Notes under the pieces: model-generated
Database searches by the model: none
Told to the model about the DNA's origin: nothing
The model's input: only the letters and a program-made list of their open reading frames with translations
Made by a program: the position numbers and the translations under genes
Part shown: positions 45,990-60,029 of the stretch, in pieces
Layout: each line of letters opens with the position of its first letter
How positions within the stretch are numbered: position 1 is the stretch's first letter
Assembly: GCF_048593235.1 (NCBI RefSeq)
Contig: NC_133619.1
Coordinates: 655,419,744-655,483,743 of the forward strand
Direction: 5' to 3'
From: Sminthopsis crassicaudata
Lineage: Eukaryota
DNA length: 64,000 bases

Positions 45990-46620
45990 TGGAAGTTACT
46001 AAACCCCTGGCCCAGCCCTTAGGGCAGAAACCCCAACCAACAGGGGGAGGGAGGCTGAAAAGAGGGGCAGGTTTAAAAATGAAAATGGTGGAGTCAAGAT
46101 GGGAGAGAAAAGGCAGGCTATTGCCTGAACTCTCTCCAGTTTCCTAATGATGGGGGTTGAGGTCCCTTTAAGATTCCTTTCTGATTGCCCAACCCCCACA
46201 GCTGACCTTGATTCACAAATCCTGGTGAAAAGCACCCCTTTGAATATCCGGGCCCAGCCCCCCACTATCAGCTCAGCTTCCCCCAGCCCCCACCGGATCT
46301 GAGCTAACTGAAAAGCCCACCAAGAACTTGGGGTACTGCCAACAAAGCCCCTTTTAGGTATAAAAGAGCCAAATAGGAGCTCTCTCTTGGCAGGAGCCCT
46401 ACCCCCCAATGCATGGTATCCTTCTGGCCATGTGGGGGTTCCTGCCCGCCCAGTGGCCACCTCTGGCCCTGGCTTCTTTCTAACTGAACTTTACTTCCAA
46501 ATTCCTACAATAAACCTTTTATTTATCGATCTAGGTTTTCGGGCCTGTAAATTCATTTACAGGGGACACTGCACCTCATGGAATCTTTGCACCAACATAC
46601 GGGGTTCCCCCTTTCCTTTC
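45990..46620 (+). mobile_element. Solo LTR in ZNF intron
   Basis: TATAAAA at ~46359, AATAAA at ~46510, LTR-type tail gttttcgggcctgtaaattc. Confidence 0.7.
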
Positions 46621-47163
46621 TCTTTATCACTAAGAAATAACTTTCAATTAAGAATGGAGTGACAGGACCTACAAAAGAATGGTGAGAAACCATTTTCTAG
46701 CCTTAGATAATTGAGAAGAACTGCAGAAAAAAATCTGTCTCACTTGGATAAAAGGGGAACAAAGGTCCAGACCACACCAACAACTGAGGCCTACTGGTCC
46801 CTGGCAAGCCAAGATTGGGAAGTTAAGTTAATTGAATTGGTTCAGGGGAGGAGAGGAAGGGGAGGTGCAAAGTTACCAGCCTCACCTCCTCCAGAGCCAC
46901 TTGGCTCCAGTGGCAAGATATAGATCATAATGACTGGAGATGACCCTGGAAGCAGTGGAGACTTTGACCTTACGCTAATCTCTCAGCTTGAAGGAGACAA
47001 TACCCATTGAATGATTAAAGTTGGGGAAGAAATGAAGCCAAGAATGTTCTCTTTTACCCAGTCAAAAACACAATTCTGGGAGGGGAAAGTCCCTAGGGCT
47101 ATTGGCCATAGGGGCAGTCAAGAGTTTACAAGATAGAAGGGACAGGAAATAAGATGACTGGAG

Positions 47164-48871
47164 TGTGATGGTATAAACTTGAAAATGGGTTCACATTCTC
47201 TTATTCCTAATCTTCTGACTCCCTTCTTCTCCCCCACCTTCCTACAGACCCAAGAGTTGGAGGGATTTAAGGCCCCACATGGGATGAGAGTGTGTAGAAC
47301 CTCAATGTCCCCTGAGTCAGAAATCTCCCTACCAGTGATACTCAGTGTTCCCAGCATCCCTTCTCCCCAATAAACATATTATCTAGAAAATAAACTGACT
47401 GAGATTGGCTAAGATGACAGGAACAAATAATGACAAATGTTGGAGGGGATGTGGGGAAATTGGGACACTAATACATTGCTGGTGGAGTTGTGAAAGAATC
47501 CAGCCATTCTGGAGAGCAATCTGGAATTATGCCCAAAAAGTTATCAAACTGTGCATACCCTTTGACCCAGCAGTGCTACTACTGGGCTTATATCCCAAAG
47601 AAATACTAAAGAGCGGAAAGGGACCTGTATGTGCCAAAATGTTTGTGGCAGCTCTTTTTGTTGTAGCTAGAAACTGGAAGATGAACGGATGTCCATCAGT
47701 TGGAGAATGGTTGGGTAAATTGTGGTATATGAAGGTTATGGAATATTATTGCTCGGTAAGAAATGACCAGCAGGAGGAATATAGAGAGGCCTGGAGAGAC
47801 TTAAATCAACTGATGCTGAGTGAAATGAGCAGAACCAGAAGATCACTGTACACTTCAACAACAATACTGTATGAGGATGTATTCTGATGGAAGTGGAAAT
47901 CTTCAACATAAAGAAGATCCGGCTCACTTCCAGTTGATCAATGATGGACAGAGGTAGCTACACCCAGAGAAGAAACACTGGGAGGGGAATGAAAATTGTT
48001 AGCACTAATATCTGTCTGCCCAGGTTGCATGTACCTTCGGATTCTAATGTTTATTGTGCAACAAGAAAATGATATTCACACACATGTATTGTACCTAGAC
48101 TATATTGTAACACATGTAAAATGTATGGTATTGCCTGTCGTCGGGGGGAGGGAATAGAGGGAGGGGGGGTAATTTGGAAAAATGAATACAAGGGATAATA
48201 TTATAAAATATATATATATATATAATTAAAAAAAAAAAAAAAAAGAAAAGAAACTGACTGAGAGATCCAGTAAGGAGGTAAGGGATCTGAGATGCTCCAT
48301 CTCATCCTCCAGGGAAACATCAGAGGAAGCCTAAGGCTGGGAGACAATCTAGTCTGGGATTCAACTCCCAGTGATACGGGAAATCAGAAGTCAAGGACCT
48401 TGAACCCAGATTCCTTAATCCTATCTCACCCTACAAGCCAACCCCACTAATTAATCTTTCTATAGAGTTCAGCAGACACAAACCAAGTTTTCTATAGAGC
48501 TGAACTAAAGCTAAGTACCACTACTTAACTTTCAAAAGAAATGAATTAATGTTAAGTACCACCACTTAAGCTTTCTATAGATTTGAACTACCTACCACCA
48601 ATTAAACTTTCTATAACTTTACAGAAACCTACTCAAGCCTAAAACTTCTCTATTGTTTCAAAAGCCCCCAAGACCTAAACTCTAATCATTTAACTAAGTA
48701 CTCTGGCTGTACCAAGAACTATAATCTCATCTAAGAGTTTTTGTCCACAGAGAGACAGGGATCTCTCAGTGATTTAAAATAAACTTTTACTTTTTTATTT
48801 TAGAAAATTGAGTAAATTATTTTACTAAACCCACGCCTTATCTCACACATCGTAAGCCTGGATCCCCAACA
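47164..48871 (+). mobile_element. LTR-like element interrupted by an L1 insertion
   Basis: TG start, AATAAA at ~48779, CA end; sequence is continuous across the L1 TSD. Confidence 0.55.
47405..48250 (+). mobile_element. Young 5'-truncated LINE-1 with poly(A) and 13-bp TSD
   Basis: Open ORF2 C-terminus (CWRGCGEIGTLIHCWW...) at 47405..47887; A-tail; AAACTGACTGAGA at 47392-47404 and 48251-48263. Confidence 0.95.
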
Positions 48872-51800
48872 CAAGGACCAGTGGTGAAGGAAAGGGCAGG
48901 GAGCCAGGAAGCCTGGGTAAAAAAGAAATTTAAGTGTCCAGAAGTAATTTAAGTGAGTAGTTGAATCAGGAAAAATAGGATGGCTGAGTCCTAAAATCTA
49001 AGCAGAAGATGGGGGAAGGTTCCTAAAACTCTTGGGTAAATTTTAGGCTTAGAGTCCTGAAAGAGAATGTGGAAACGGTGAGCCACATGCCTGGGAAGGA
49101 GCCCAAGATGTGTGGATGAGAGAAGTTGGCCCAGTTAACAGCTTCAGTTCTACAACCAAGGAGGGTTCCTAGGGGCAAAAAAAGCAGAGCCTGTGGAACC
49201 TCATAAGAAATCATGTCTAAAGGCACACAATCAATTCACTAGATAAGAGCTGGAGGCAGAGATAGGACACCAGGGTCTAAGAGGGTTCACAGTAAGTAGA
49301 AAATGGCAGATGCAAGAGAATGCCCAGAGATCTCAGTCCCAAGCCTTCCTACTTCCCATCAATCTATTCCAGGGGAGGCAGCTAGGTGGCGCACCAGCAC
49401 CAGCCTTGAATTCAGAGGACATGAGTTCACATGTGGTCTCAGACACTTAACACTTCCTAGCTGTGTGACCCTGGGCAAGTCACTTAACCCCAGCCTCGGG
49501 GGGGGGGGGGGAGGAGAACCTATTCCACGAAAATCCTCAGGGTCTTAAGAGTCCCAAGCAGCCTAGCTCCTGAAGCAGGGAGGTTGGGACTTCACTCCCA
49601 AAATCATCCAGGGTGGTGACCTCAGATTGCTGCCAGCCTCCCCTCCCCTAGTCCTGCTCATCATCATGTGGCAAATGGCCATTGGAAAGGCTCTTCTCCA
49701 CCCCTAAGACTCTTGTTTCACCAGGCCACTTAGCCACCAGGCTGCTCATCTCATCTCCCATGAGCTCTTCCTCCCCCATGTTTCTATCACCTGATGTTTT
49801 GTGGAGGAAGAATTCAGGACTTTTATCTTGCCACTGGCCTTGGCAGAGCACTGCCTCCCTTACATCCCGTTGGAACACAAATCAAGACATCTCCCTTTTA
49901 CCAGTGGTCCTCTTCTAGAATAAAACATCATCATCAACAGAAATTTCTTAGATTCAGAAAAATGAACACTTTCTAGAAACCTTCCCACAGCGCAATCATT
50001 ATGATTTTCATGTTCTTCGATTTCATATTATATTTGTAATGAATATTTTATGTTATATTCCTAATGAAGATACTAATAATTTAGATTTCACAGAGCTGCC
50101 TTTTCTGGGTTAGGAAGCAGGACTCACAATGCAAACTAAAATTATTAAACATTCTGATAATACATATTTTTATGCTGTACTGTACTTATGTACAATCAGT
50201 GAATTGACTGGAAAACTACAGAAAACTGTTCTTATCACAGAACTCTGTGCTTTGGAGAGGGGCTGGTCACAACCCTCAAGATTTGAAACAATCCAAGAAC
50301 TCTGGTATCTTCTTCCATTGGGAAACCAATCAAACTCAGAATGATTGTATTGTAACTGACTTTCCCCCACCCTTCCCACTTAGGATTTGTGCATAAAATC
50401 TCTATCTCTTCTGCAACAAGTGGAGATTTCCTGCCCAGGAGAATTTCCAATTTGCAAACCGTATTCCTCACAGAGAAAGTGATAACTTAAACAGATACTT
50501 AATTTCTAAAACCTGCCTCTAGTCCAGCTCTCCACACATTCATTACATTTATGAGGCTTTTCAATAGGATAGACCTTCTATCTAATAAGATTTGAATTCC
50601 AACCAAAGACTTTCCCATACCGATTTAATATGTACATATATATATATATTCCCCCCCCCCCAGGCTGGGGTTAAGTGACTTGCCCAGGGTCACACAGCTA
50701 GGAAGTGTTAAGTGTCTGAGACCAGATTTGAACTCGGGTCCTCCAGAATTCAAGGCTGGTGCTCTATCCACTGCGCCACCTGGCTGCCCCTGAATATGTA
50801 TATTTTTATTGCTTTATATATTATAACTATTATTTAAAAATTTTTGAACAGTTCTCAAGGAAAATTCCAACATAGAATTTTCTTAATTGTTACTTTGGGT
50901 TTTATATAATTACTAATGAATCTGTCTGCCTCAGTTTCTATATTCTAGAATGAGGAAAACAACAAACCTAAGCTGTAAGACAAAATCAGTCCAGCATAAA
51001 TGCCTCCTTTGTGTCAGATGCTGAATGACAGGGATTTTCAAAAAAGGTAAATAACAATATCTGCCCACAACAAGCTTACAAAATAAGGGGAGAAGCAACA
51101 AGCTAAGAAATAACTTGCAAACAAGCTATAGGCAAGATAAATAGGATATCATTTAAAAGAAACACTGGAAGCAAGAGAGCTTATGGATAAAGTAAACTGT
51201 GAAAGCTGTCTCACAAGGTGGAGACAGTGTTCTAAAAATTGAGTAAAGGTTGGCTACACCCCAGGCCCAAGTTTCTTTCTCCAGAAATCACCAGTTTTAC
51301 ATAGAATGGGATCATATAACCCTTTTCTTGTGAGACTAAGGATACCTTGGTATTAAAACTCCCATATAACATAATTTAATAATCCTAGAGATAAGATTGG
51401 GTTAGAAGTTTTTCCTCATTTATAACTTAGAATGTGAGGTCATTTCTGCTGACTACACAGGGCAAAGGTCCAACCTATAGGGAGTGTTACCCCAGACCCC
51501 TTATGTAATCATTTGTCTGCTGGACTATCTCTTACTTATCTTCGCTGCCAGACCACCTAGGATGTGGGGAGATGCTCAAATCTCACAAACTCTGTCAAAT
51601 TAAAACTTCTTTGTTTTCTACCTTAAGATGCCTCTGATTTATTGAAATTGAAGGTCTTTTGCCCCACAGAGTTAAGGTTTCCTATAGAAAGGAAACTTTC
51701 CATTGGAAAATGAAGGTAACTGGGAGGCACAAATGAGGGAGAGCACATTGCCAGAGAATAGCCAGGAACATTTCTTGAAGTTAAGAAATAGGGTATCATC

Positions 51801-52254
51801 CTGGAATAGCAAGGAAGCCATAGTCATGAGATCCCAAAGATCTAAGGTATAAGAACCCTGCCCATAATCAGTGAGGAATAGAAAGCTTTCACATTTACAG
51901 GTTGGTAGAAAATCCCTGGTGTTTACTGAGTCTGGGAAAATTGGATCTTTAGGAAAATCACTTTGTTGATTAAATGAAAGATGCATTGGAGTCAGACAGT
52001 CTGGAATCAGGCCAACCCACAAGCAGGCTGCTGCAGTACTTACTCCAAGGGTGAGGTGATAAGAAGCTAGAGCAAGAAGGTTGAAACATCAGTAGAGAGA
52101 AGATGGATTGCATAGATGTTGCAGGGTTGACATGATGTAAGTGGGAATAAGAAACAGGATTCAATGAGGACACCTTGGTTGTGAGCCTGAGAGACTGAGA
52201 GAGTAGTGGGGCCCTTATCAGAAAGAAGGAAGAGACAAAGACAAGAAAATAAGT

Positions 52255-52590
52255 TCAGTCTTACAGGGTAATTGTAAGACATCTCAAATTAGAGAATTAG
52301 ATGTCTAGAAGACATTTGGAACAGAGGGGATTGAGATTGATTGACTTCATTTTTTTATTGAATAGTATTTTATTTCCCAATTACTTGTGAAGACAATTTT
52401 TAACACTTTAATTTTTTTTCAGTTTCAAATTCTCTTCCTCCCCTTTTCACTTTCTCTCACCTTAAGATGATAAGCAATTTACAAAGGTTATATAGGTGCA
52501 ATGATGTAAAATACATTTCCTCAAGAATTTTCACCTCATGAAAACTGAGTAAGGCAAGAGTGAAGGATCCTGGACTATTTTGCAATTCAC
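52255..52590 (+). repeat. Old local duplication, paralog of ~55285-55760 (which has an extra SINE)
   Basis: Shared ttgtaagacatctcaaat...caagaattttcacct.atgaaaactgagta...tgaaggatcct. Confidence 0.8.
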
Positions 52591-55500
52591 TGTTGACTGA
52601 TAATCTTGTCAATAGAAACCAATATCCAGACCACTTCTCAGTTGATCACTGACCCATGATCTGGTCAGTAAGAACCAAGTACCAGAGACTACTCCCTAGT
52701 CCTACCCTTAGGCCACAGAATGAGCCTATCTATGATTGAAAGTCGGATCACTCTATCTCCTTGTTTTTGTTTCTTTGTAGAATTCCCTATGAGTTTTAGC
52801 TGGCTTTGTAATAGTGTACTATTATTGCAATAAAGCTTTCCCTCTTGGCTAGGAGATGGGTTCAAGTCTGTAAATTCTTTTCAGACACAGGTTACACCAA
52901 TCTGGGACTGCAAACTTTTGGGGTCTCTCAGTTGGGATACCAGAAAAGGGTAGCTTTTGACAAAGATGGGACAGTCATTTTTCATGTTACTCTGTCTATG
53001 TATGCACCTCTGTATAGAACATGTTTTATGTTTGTTCTGTGAGCTGCTTTAAAATTGCAACCAAAAACATATTCCTGAAACATCTCAGTTATGGAGATTG
53101 TTAGCAAGATCAGTATAGCCCAGGTGTCTCTGTTTGCTCACTCTTCTAATCTCAGAATTGGAGGGAAATTCAAATTCTGCCTCACCTATAGGAATAAGGG
53201 AGGCAAAACTGTGGGGACCACATGCAACCTTGCCCAGATATCCCCAAGCCAGCTTGGAGGAATGGGAATGGGGATGGGGGGGTCAGGCTCCATGGTCAGC
53301 ATTCCCTGAGCCCTTGCATCTGAAATTACCATCAAAGGGTTATCTTGGCACCCCAGCATTCAGCAGGTTTTGTTCAGGAACTGCCTCGGAAGAATTTGGG
53401 GACCTCTGGTAGCACCCATTTGGTGAGATCACCATTATCTGTCTCAGTTATGCATATCTCTTAGCTATGAAATTTATCACAAATTATCTCTGCCCAATTT
53501 TCTGATTTGTCAAGAGAAATCATAGACATTCTTGTGAATTGCTTAGCAAAAAACATGCTTTATCAATGTTAACTGCTTTACTGGAAGTAATTGCTTCATA
53601 TTTGATAACTTTAGAGTGAGCATATAGAAATGCTAGTTACTATTTTATTATTATTACTAGATGAACTTGATGCAGAATCATGTAAGGATTTCTACTTATA
53701 AAGTGGAATCAAATGATCAGTTTGGAACTTTGGGAAGCAAATGTCATGCTGGTCTTCATGTAAATATTATGAGTAGGAAAGTGAATGACTAGGGGGCTTC
53801 ACAATACTAATTTCTTGTTCACGAAAGGAGTTCTAAAAACAAAACGTTAGAGAACTACTGCTTTGGAATCATGGCTCCACCATATTGCTCAGTGTTGCTA
53901 CAGTACAAACTGTTCCCCTGATTCTGCTCACTTCTCTCTGAAACAGCTCAGACAACTTTCCTAAGGTTTTCTGACATTGTGCCTTTCTTATGTCTCCATA
54001 ACCTTCCATTATATTTCTAGTTCATCATTGTTGACACATTTTCCTACACATAGGCACCACCTTTTCTTTCTAGATTTTTTTTGTCCCCTCAGGCAATTGG
54101 GCTTAAGTGACTTGCCCAAGGTCACACATCTAGGAATCCTTAAGTATCTGAGACCATATTTGAACTCAAGTCCTCCTGACTTCAGGGCTGGTGCTCCATC
54201 CATTACACCACCTAGCTACCCCCTCTAGATCTTTGCAGTAACAAAAATCCATTGGGAAATTTCATGTTGTGTATATGGGCCATAAAACTAAAAAGTTATA
54301 GGTCTACTGATTATTGGGTTAGGGGAGATACAGTAGAGTGAGTTTAGGGGCCAAACTCCAAAAGGCATTATGGAACTTTGATCTTTTCATTTGAAGGCCA
54401 TGTGAATCTTTGTGTCAAGTGTGTTTCTTTTGCAGAATATCGGGTTCTGCTTTCTAATGCATTGTGCTACCCTCCTCTGTATTAAATGTGTACCAACTCA
54501 TATACATTTTTATTATGAAAATGTTCATTTTCTCAATGATATCCTTATTGTCCCTACTCCTCCTTACCTTTAGACAAAAACTAAGTGGGAAAAGGAATGG
54601 GATCAATAGCCAGTAACTGATCACTGAAGTGGCCTAACCTCACTCTTCAGCCCACCTAAACTTCCATTCATTCCACTCCTAGATGACTGGCTAGAACTTT
54701 AGCTAAAAAGTCTCTTATTCACTTATTTCTCTTATTTGAAGCTTCCCTTATGGTGCAAAGTTATTTTCCACCACTTAGGAAGCACAATGGACAGAGCATA
54801 CTGCCTGGAGTCAGGAAGACTTGAGTTGAAAACCACTCAGACATTTTTCACCTGGGTGACACTAGGCAAGTCACTGTCCCTCTGTTTTCTTCTATTACTT
54901 TTCCATACAGTTAAGACACTAATAGTACCTCCTACTTGCCACGGTTGTTGTGAACATGAAATAAGATTTGTCTATCACTTGGAAAATAGATGATATTATA
55001 TAAAGGTTAGCTATTAATGCTGTGATTTGGAGGGAGAAAACTTTGGAACACAAGGTTTGGCAATGGTGAATGTTGAAAACTATCTTTGCATGTATTTACA
55101 AAAATAAAAAAATACTACCAGTATTCTGGATTTATTTTTGACTTAAAGCTACCTAAAATAGGAGACAAAATTAGAAGCAAGAGAAAGTCCCACTTACCCT
55201 TCATAAAACTCAAAGACCTTTCATAGGAAAATCAACCAGAAGGACCTTGGGGAGAAACTAGCACTTTTACCTTTCAAATCATTGTCTTACATGTTCATTG
55301 TAAGACATCTCAAATCAGACAACTGGTTCAAGATGTCTAAAAACCAGTTTGGGACAGAAGGGTTTGAAGTTGATTAACTCATTATTTTTTTTTTTTTAAT
55401 ATTGAATGTTACTTTTTTTCATAATTACATGTAAAGACAAATTTTAACACTTCCCCAAAATTGGGGGGGGCAGCTAGGTGGCACAGTGGATAGAGCATCC

Positions 55501-56554
55501 CTGAAGTCAGGATGGCCTGAGTTCAAATCTGCCCTCAGACATTTAACACTTTTGAGCTGTGAGATCCTGGGCAATAGCCTCAGGATTAAAAAAATAATTT
55601 TTTTTTTTAAGTTCTAAATTCCCTTCCCTTTTCACTTCATCTCACTCTAATTTAATAAGCAATTTTGCAAAGATTACATAAGTGCAAAAATGTAAAACAC
55701 ATTTGCTCAAGAATTTTCACCTTATGAAAACTGAGTAGGACAATATTGAAGGATCCTAGTCAGGACTAGCAGTGCTGGCCAGACATTATGCTGGGTTGTG
55801 GCTGTTGACAAGGGGGAATGAGCACTTGCTAGAAAAGTGCAGTAGTTTAGGGAGCAAAAACATTTCCAGGACAGCAGTTGATAGACCTTGCATGTGACTT
55901 AGGTGAGAACTGTTGCTGAGGTTGAATTCAGAACATAACAGGCAGGAGGAACTGAGGCTTAAGGCACAATTACTCAGTACTCAGAATTCAAACTTGATCA
56001 TAATAATGATGAGCTTTGTAAGCTGTTAAAAACCAAATGAAAATTCAGGATGATTAAGCAAAGAAAAAGAACCTGACAATAGCTACTTGGGTATGTAAGC
56101 AGATCTGGGTTGATATTGAGAAGAATATTGTGAGATTAAAAAAAAAAAAAAAAAAGCCAGTTTGTCCCAAAGAGTAACATCAAAGGTATACAAGCCCCAA
56201 AAGAATGCTTGGAAGAATATAAAAAGGAATTCAAAAATCAAATAAAAAAGGAGGGGAATGAAAGCAATCCAAGAAATTATGAAAAGGGAGTTAATCAATT
56301 GGAAAGAAATGTTTTAAAAGTCCTTGAAAAAAGGGACAACTAGGTGGGGCAGTGGATAGAGCACCAGCCTTGAATTCAGGAGGACTGGAGTTCAAATCTG
56401 ATCTCACACTTAACACTTCCTAGCTGTGTGATCCTGGGCAAGTCACTTAACCCCAACCTCAGGAAAAAAAAGTCCTTGAAAAATAGTATTGAATGAGAGG
56501 AATCTATTAACAATTTAAGACACCAAAAAATAATTAAGTTGTAGAACAAGCCGG

Positions 56555-56998
56555 TGAATGAGATGAGGTGAGATCTTTCAAGACAGTTGTGAAAATCGAG
56601 TAAGGCTTCATCTACTTCAGAGTTCGAGTAGGCCTGAAGGACTCTGAAGTTCGATCAAAGGGCATTGCCTTCCCCTCCTATGACATCTCCCTATTTCATC
56701 CAAATATGGGCAACTATGTACTTATTGGTCAAGTTCAATTTCATGGGTAGATCTCGCGTTTAGAATGAATGTAAGACTCTCAGCCAATGAGGATGAGGGT
56801 CAGTGGTGGGAGGGGGCGTTTTGCGTTAGGGATTAAAGGTGCTGTCCTGCCCACAGGAGGCGCTTCCTCTCTTCGATAGTCTACTCGAAGAGTGGGACGC
56901 CCTTCTCGCGAGAATGTACAATAAACTTTGCTTTTCTCTAGAGCTCTCTCCAGCTTTTTTTATTAAATGGTGATCCCTCACCATTTCCGTACCACACA
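56555..56998 (+). mobile_element. Young solo LTR with 4-bp TSD (CCGG), inserted into old L1-like sequence
   Basis: ccgg|TGAATG...ACCACACA|ccgg; CCAAT at ~56784, AATAAA at ~56920; many CpGs retained. Confidence 0.88.
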
Positions 56999-58479
56999 CC
57001 GGTAAAGGGGGAAAGAAAAAATCTACTGTTCACCAACTGAAGAGATCACCCAAGAAAACCTTACAAGAATATCCCAGGAAAATTTCAAAATTCCCAGATT
57101 AAGGAGAAAATCCTGCAATCCAACCAAAAAATAAGACAGACTTCGATACTGCAGAAATAGTCAGGATTTCACAAACCAGCAGCTTCAACTCTAAAAGACC
57201 ATGGGTTTGGTTACACTAAATTTCAAAGAACAAAAGACCTGGACTTGCATCCTGAATAATTTACCCAGAAATCTGGAATCTGGAATGAGAGGGGAAATAG
57301 ATATTTGACAAACTGAAATTTGTAACAAAAAGATAAATCAATGGAAAATTTAGTATAAAAGATCCAGAGAAAAGCAAAACATTAAAGACCAATTCCAATG
57401 CCCTCATTATTTACTTCTATAGGAGAAAATGTTATCAGTATAAACTGTAGATAGTTTTAAAGACTGGGACTAAAATGTGTGTGACAGGCAGGAAAGGGTA
57501 AAAGGAAACAATTACAAAATTGGGCAAGTGGAAGAACTAATACAGAGAAGGGGGGAGGGGAGGAGTTGGAGCGCTGGTAACATAGTAACCTTTTGGTCTG
57601 AATTCAAGAGGAAACAATGTACGCATCGGGAAGGATGTAGAAGCCTAGTGAATATGTAACAAACTTTGGGGATAGAAGGATGGCTCTGAATGGAGGCACC
57701 AAGGGAAGCCTGAGATCTAGCTCAGGGGAGAAAGGGGGAGGGGGAGGGGAAATTTTAAAAGAGGGGGAAGGGAAGCAGGAGGAAAGGAGAGCCCAGGTAA
57801 GATCTGGAGAGAGAAATTCTGACCCAGCTCAGGGGAAGATCAAGGACACTGGAGGGGCAGAAGGCTTGGGGGGGAGGGGGGAGACACGGATCCCGGGAAA
57901 GCAGCGTGACTGTGCCTGAGTCTTCCTAGGAGCTGGGGAGATTGTCTGGGTGCTGGTAGAGCTTAGACTGGGCGACCCTAAAGGGAGCCTGGATAAGGGA
58001 GCCAGGTGCTGGGGTCTGATCGGGCAGCACCCCAGGAACCTGGGGCATTGGGGGAGTCAGGCAGAGCCAGGCAGGAGTTTTGGGGCCCTCGTCCAGAGTG
58101 GGTCCTCAGGCAGAACTCTATCAGGGGCCTAAGTGGGAAGGCAGAAGCACCACGTTTCTAACCGGGATCCAGGAACAAGGCGGGACTACAGGGGCCTAGT
58201 GGGCAAGGTCTGAAATTGGGGAAATGTGATAAATCCAGGAACGGTAACGTCTGACGTTTGGGAAATTCTGGGGTGGGAAAAGCAGGGATGGCGAAAGAGG
58301 TGGGGGGGGGGCGGGAAGGGAGGGCTTGTCCTATAGCCGAGTCAGGTAGAGCAGAACGTTCCTGGTGCTGCTGAAGGTCAGATGATCCCCCATTAGCAAA
58401 GACAAAGGCAACTAGCAAAAGCTCAGATGTGGGCGGGGGGCGGGGGGGAGTAGATATTCCGGGAGGTGGACGGACCTAC

Positions 58480-58700
58480 CTGGGACCTGCCCCTACAGAG
58501 CTGCCTTGCAGAGGTGGAGAGATCTCAGCTCCAAAAGTTCCAGTTTTCAGCCAGCTCTCTCGAGATTTCTCCTGGCCCCAAAAGTTCCCACCTTAGCCAC
58601 CTCCTGAGACTTCCCAAAATGAACTGTCTCTTTCAGTCACACCAAGATCTCAGGCCCTGAGCTGCTTTCCCGCCCCAAAACCCGCCCTCCATCACGTGAA
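58480..58700 (-). promoter_or_regulatory. Probable promoter and non-coding exon 1 of the KRAB-ZNF gene
   Basis: CpG-containing segment with GC boxes (~58670-58688) and CACGTG (~58693); minus-strand donor CCCAG|GTAGGT at 58480. Confidence 0.45.
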
Positions 58701-60029
58701 ATGTCTTGACCACTGGAGAGGCCCAACTTCTGCCCTGGACTCCTCCCAGGCTTCCAAACCCCACCCCAAGGGCCCATATTCCACCTGGGTCATCACCCAC
58801 CGGGCTGTTCAGCTCTGAGATTTCACAAAGATCTAGAAAGACTAATGCGGCTTGAAAGAAAGTGACCATAATTAGGAAAACACCGTATACAGTAAAAACA
58901 ATATTGTACAATGAAGAACAATTCAAAGTCTGCAACAGGAAATCTGGACGTCTCTCACAGAGACAGTCTCGGAAGATTCACCCCAGGATCCAAGAATTTT
59001 GGAGAAGACACCTTTGTCTCCCAAGAATGACAGTGGCCAGGACCCCTCTTTCCTCATCCCAGACTTTTCCTGGGATTCCCTCTTCTTGGAATGAGCAGCC
59101 CCTTGGAGACCTAGAACATTGAGAAGCTCACAGAAGCACACACAGACACATGCTGCCATGCAGCCATGCTCAGACGCACACCCACTCACAGACACAAGGA
59201 GACACTCACACAGGTCAACTGGCAGACAACAAAGAAGCATTCCTTTGGACTCCAACTGCAGGGGATGAGGGAGAGTGAGGAGGGCTTACCCAGTGCAATG
59301 GACAGTAGAGCAGATGGGCAAGGTCGGACTCAATCCGCCTTGGCTAATGATGTTCTGCCCAGAGGAGAGGACCATCTAGGGGAAAAAGAATCTCTTTTCT
59401 CTTATTGGTCCTGCCTGTCAGTGTTATGCTTTGGTCTGGTGGATAGGAGCCCCACAATGCCTCTATGCACAGACAATTTTGCCACACGAACCCTTGCAAA
59501 GCCTTGTGTCTCAATTTCTTCCTTTCCCCTCACTCCCTCCACATATGACCAGTTAGGCAATATATATGAAACATATTGTGAAATGGATGTTAAATCCAAG
59601 ATATGCACACATATGGATTAAATCATCTCACTGCCCAAGAGAAATCAAATCAAAACCAACCAAACTGAGAAAGAAAATAAAATGCCACCATGCAACCACA
59701 AAAAGAATGAAAATGCTATGCTGTGATCCACGATAATTTCTTACAGAATGGAAATATATCATATAATAATATAATATAACATATAATATTATATAATAAT
59801 ATAATTTTATGTAACATAATATATCATATATCATAGAATTTCTTATGCAATGATAAAATAACATATAATAAAATAGAATAATAGAATATAAAATAAAACA
59901 AAATAATGTAATGTAATGTAACATCAAATAACATAACATATAACATAACAGTATAATATAATATAATATGTCATAGTATGATAATATATCACATTCCTTT
60001 TTCCTACCTCAGATACCTCAATATATATT

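Noticed and set aside
50520-50565. Zinc-finger-linker-like remnant (ctctccacacattcattacatttatgaggc)
   Set aside because: Too short and isolated to support a second ZNF gene.
59628-59939. Tyr/Ile-rich 103-aa ORF
   Set aside because: AT-rich low-complexity (ATATA/ATAAC) repeat.
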